Positions 63,164 through 64,000 of a stretch of DNA of 64,000 nt are shown here, one piece after another (positions within the stretch are counted from its first letter, which is position 1; the number at the start of each line of letters is the position of its first letter). The stretch is from Oopsacas minuta (taxonomy: Eukaryota > Animalia > Porifera). A program made the position numbers and the translations under genes. The stretch covers positions 310,001 through 374,000 of the forward strand of contig JAKMXF010000199.1 of the NCBI GenBank assembly GCA_024704765.1, written 5' to 3'. The notes under the pieces were generated by a model, which was not told the DNA's origin, did no database searches, and saw only the letters and a program-made list of their open reading frames with translations.

Positions 63164-64000
63164 CGGGCGTTCAATAAGAAGTCGTTATTCCAAATTTTGT
63201 GAGTCGGATATTTCTACCCAGATCAAACTGAAATATCTAATAACAATCCATCCATTGTGAATTCAATAATGCAAAGCATTTTGATTCTGATGTCTCTCTA
63301 ATATTGTACTTATTTACATTTTGGCAGTTTATTATAGTAACATTTTTAATGGCTTCAAAAAGTACAAAGTTCAAAATTGAGCAGAGAGTATATGTGAAGA
63401 TCAGAACACTGCTCAAAGTTTCACCAACAGATGCCCATAAAGATTTAGAGGAAGTTTATAAGGATGCAGCACTTCCATATTCCACTGTTGTTGATTGGGC
63501 TAGACGCTTTCGTGAAGGTAGAGTGTCCATTGAAGATGGGGCAAGAATAGGGAGACCAGTTTCCAGCGCCAGTGACAAAAATATCCTTGAGGTATCAGTG
63601 TTACTTAAAGAAGACCCTCATATCACGCTTGTGGAGATAGCTGATGCGGTTGGGATCTCAACGGGGACTGCTCAAGCTATTGTACATGATAATATGAAAA
63701 TCCGAAAGATATGTGCTCGATGGGTACCGCATTTACTAACTCAGGTCCAGAAAGCAAAGAAGGTCCAATGCTCTACTAAATTGCTCTCTGAGTTAGATCG
63801 AGCTGACTCCAGAAGGTAATTTGAGATAGTAACAGGTGACGAAACTTGGGTACGTTATTCTGAGCATTTTTCAAAATAAGCAAACAAAGTATGGGTGGCA
63901 AAAGGACAGGATCCACTAATGATCCCTCGACCTGACTTTCGGGACCCGAAGGTCATGTACTGTATATTTTTTTATTCTAATGGTCCAGTGTGCCAGATTT
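63164..64000 (+). mobile_element. mariner (DD34D-type) element, 5' part, running off the window; pseudogenised
   Basis: TA plus cgggcgttcaataag TIR. ORF from ATG 63349 with WARRFREG, GRP, ARWVPHLL and IVTGDETW; in-frame stops at about 63817 and 63876. Confidence 0.9.

Overview
This is AT-rich eukaryotic DNA, most likely from an invertebrate animal, not prokaryotic. There are no operons, rRNA/tRNA genes or CRISPR arrays. Most of the window is a dense pile of nested cut-and-paste DNA transposons. I recognise Tc1/mariner types (DD34D, DD35E, DD37E, DD37D/maT, DD41D-like), several hAT lineages, Chapaev3, Transib/Chapaev-like, Merlin, Ginger-like, P-like and MULE-like elements, plus many MITEs. 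Only one complete host gene is supported: a 3.3-kb uninterrupted SNF2 helicase ORF of the RAD54L2/ARIP4 type (18332-21625, minus). There is also an isolated terminal exon resembling the RPA70/RPA1 C-terminus (42657-42895, minus). The most notable structures are: (i) a fold-back palindromic hATm derivative whose junction sits on an inverted microhomology also visible in a full-length relative 18 kb away; (ii) a Ginger-like integrase transposon with three GT-AG introns, inserted in the TIR of a Merlin element; (iii) a 10.2-kb hAT holding four nested insertions; (iv) two different Tc1 elements tail-to-tail that share their terminal 10 bp, one with an intact DD35E ORF. I found no clear evidence of a wholly new biological system. 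All family assignments come from motif recognition by eye, with no database search. Many ORF-track entries begin at TTG/GTG or are antisense artefacts.
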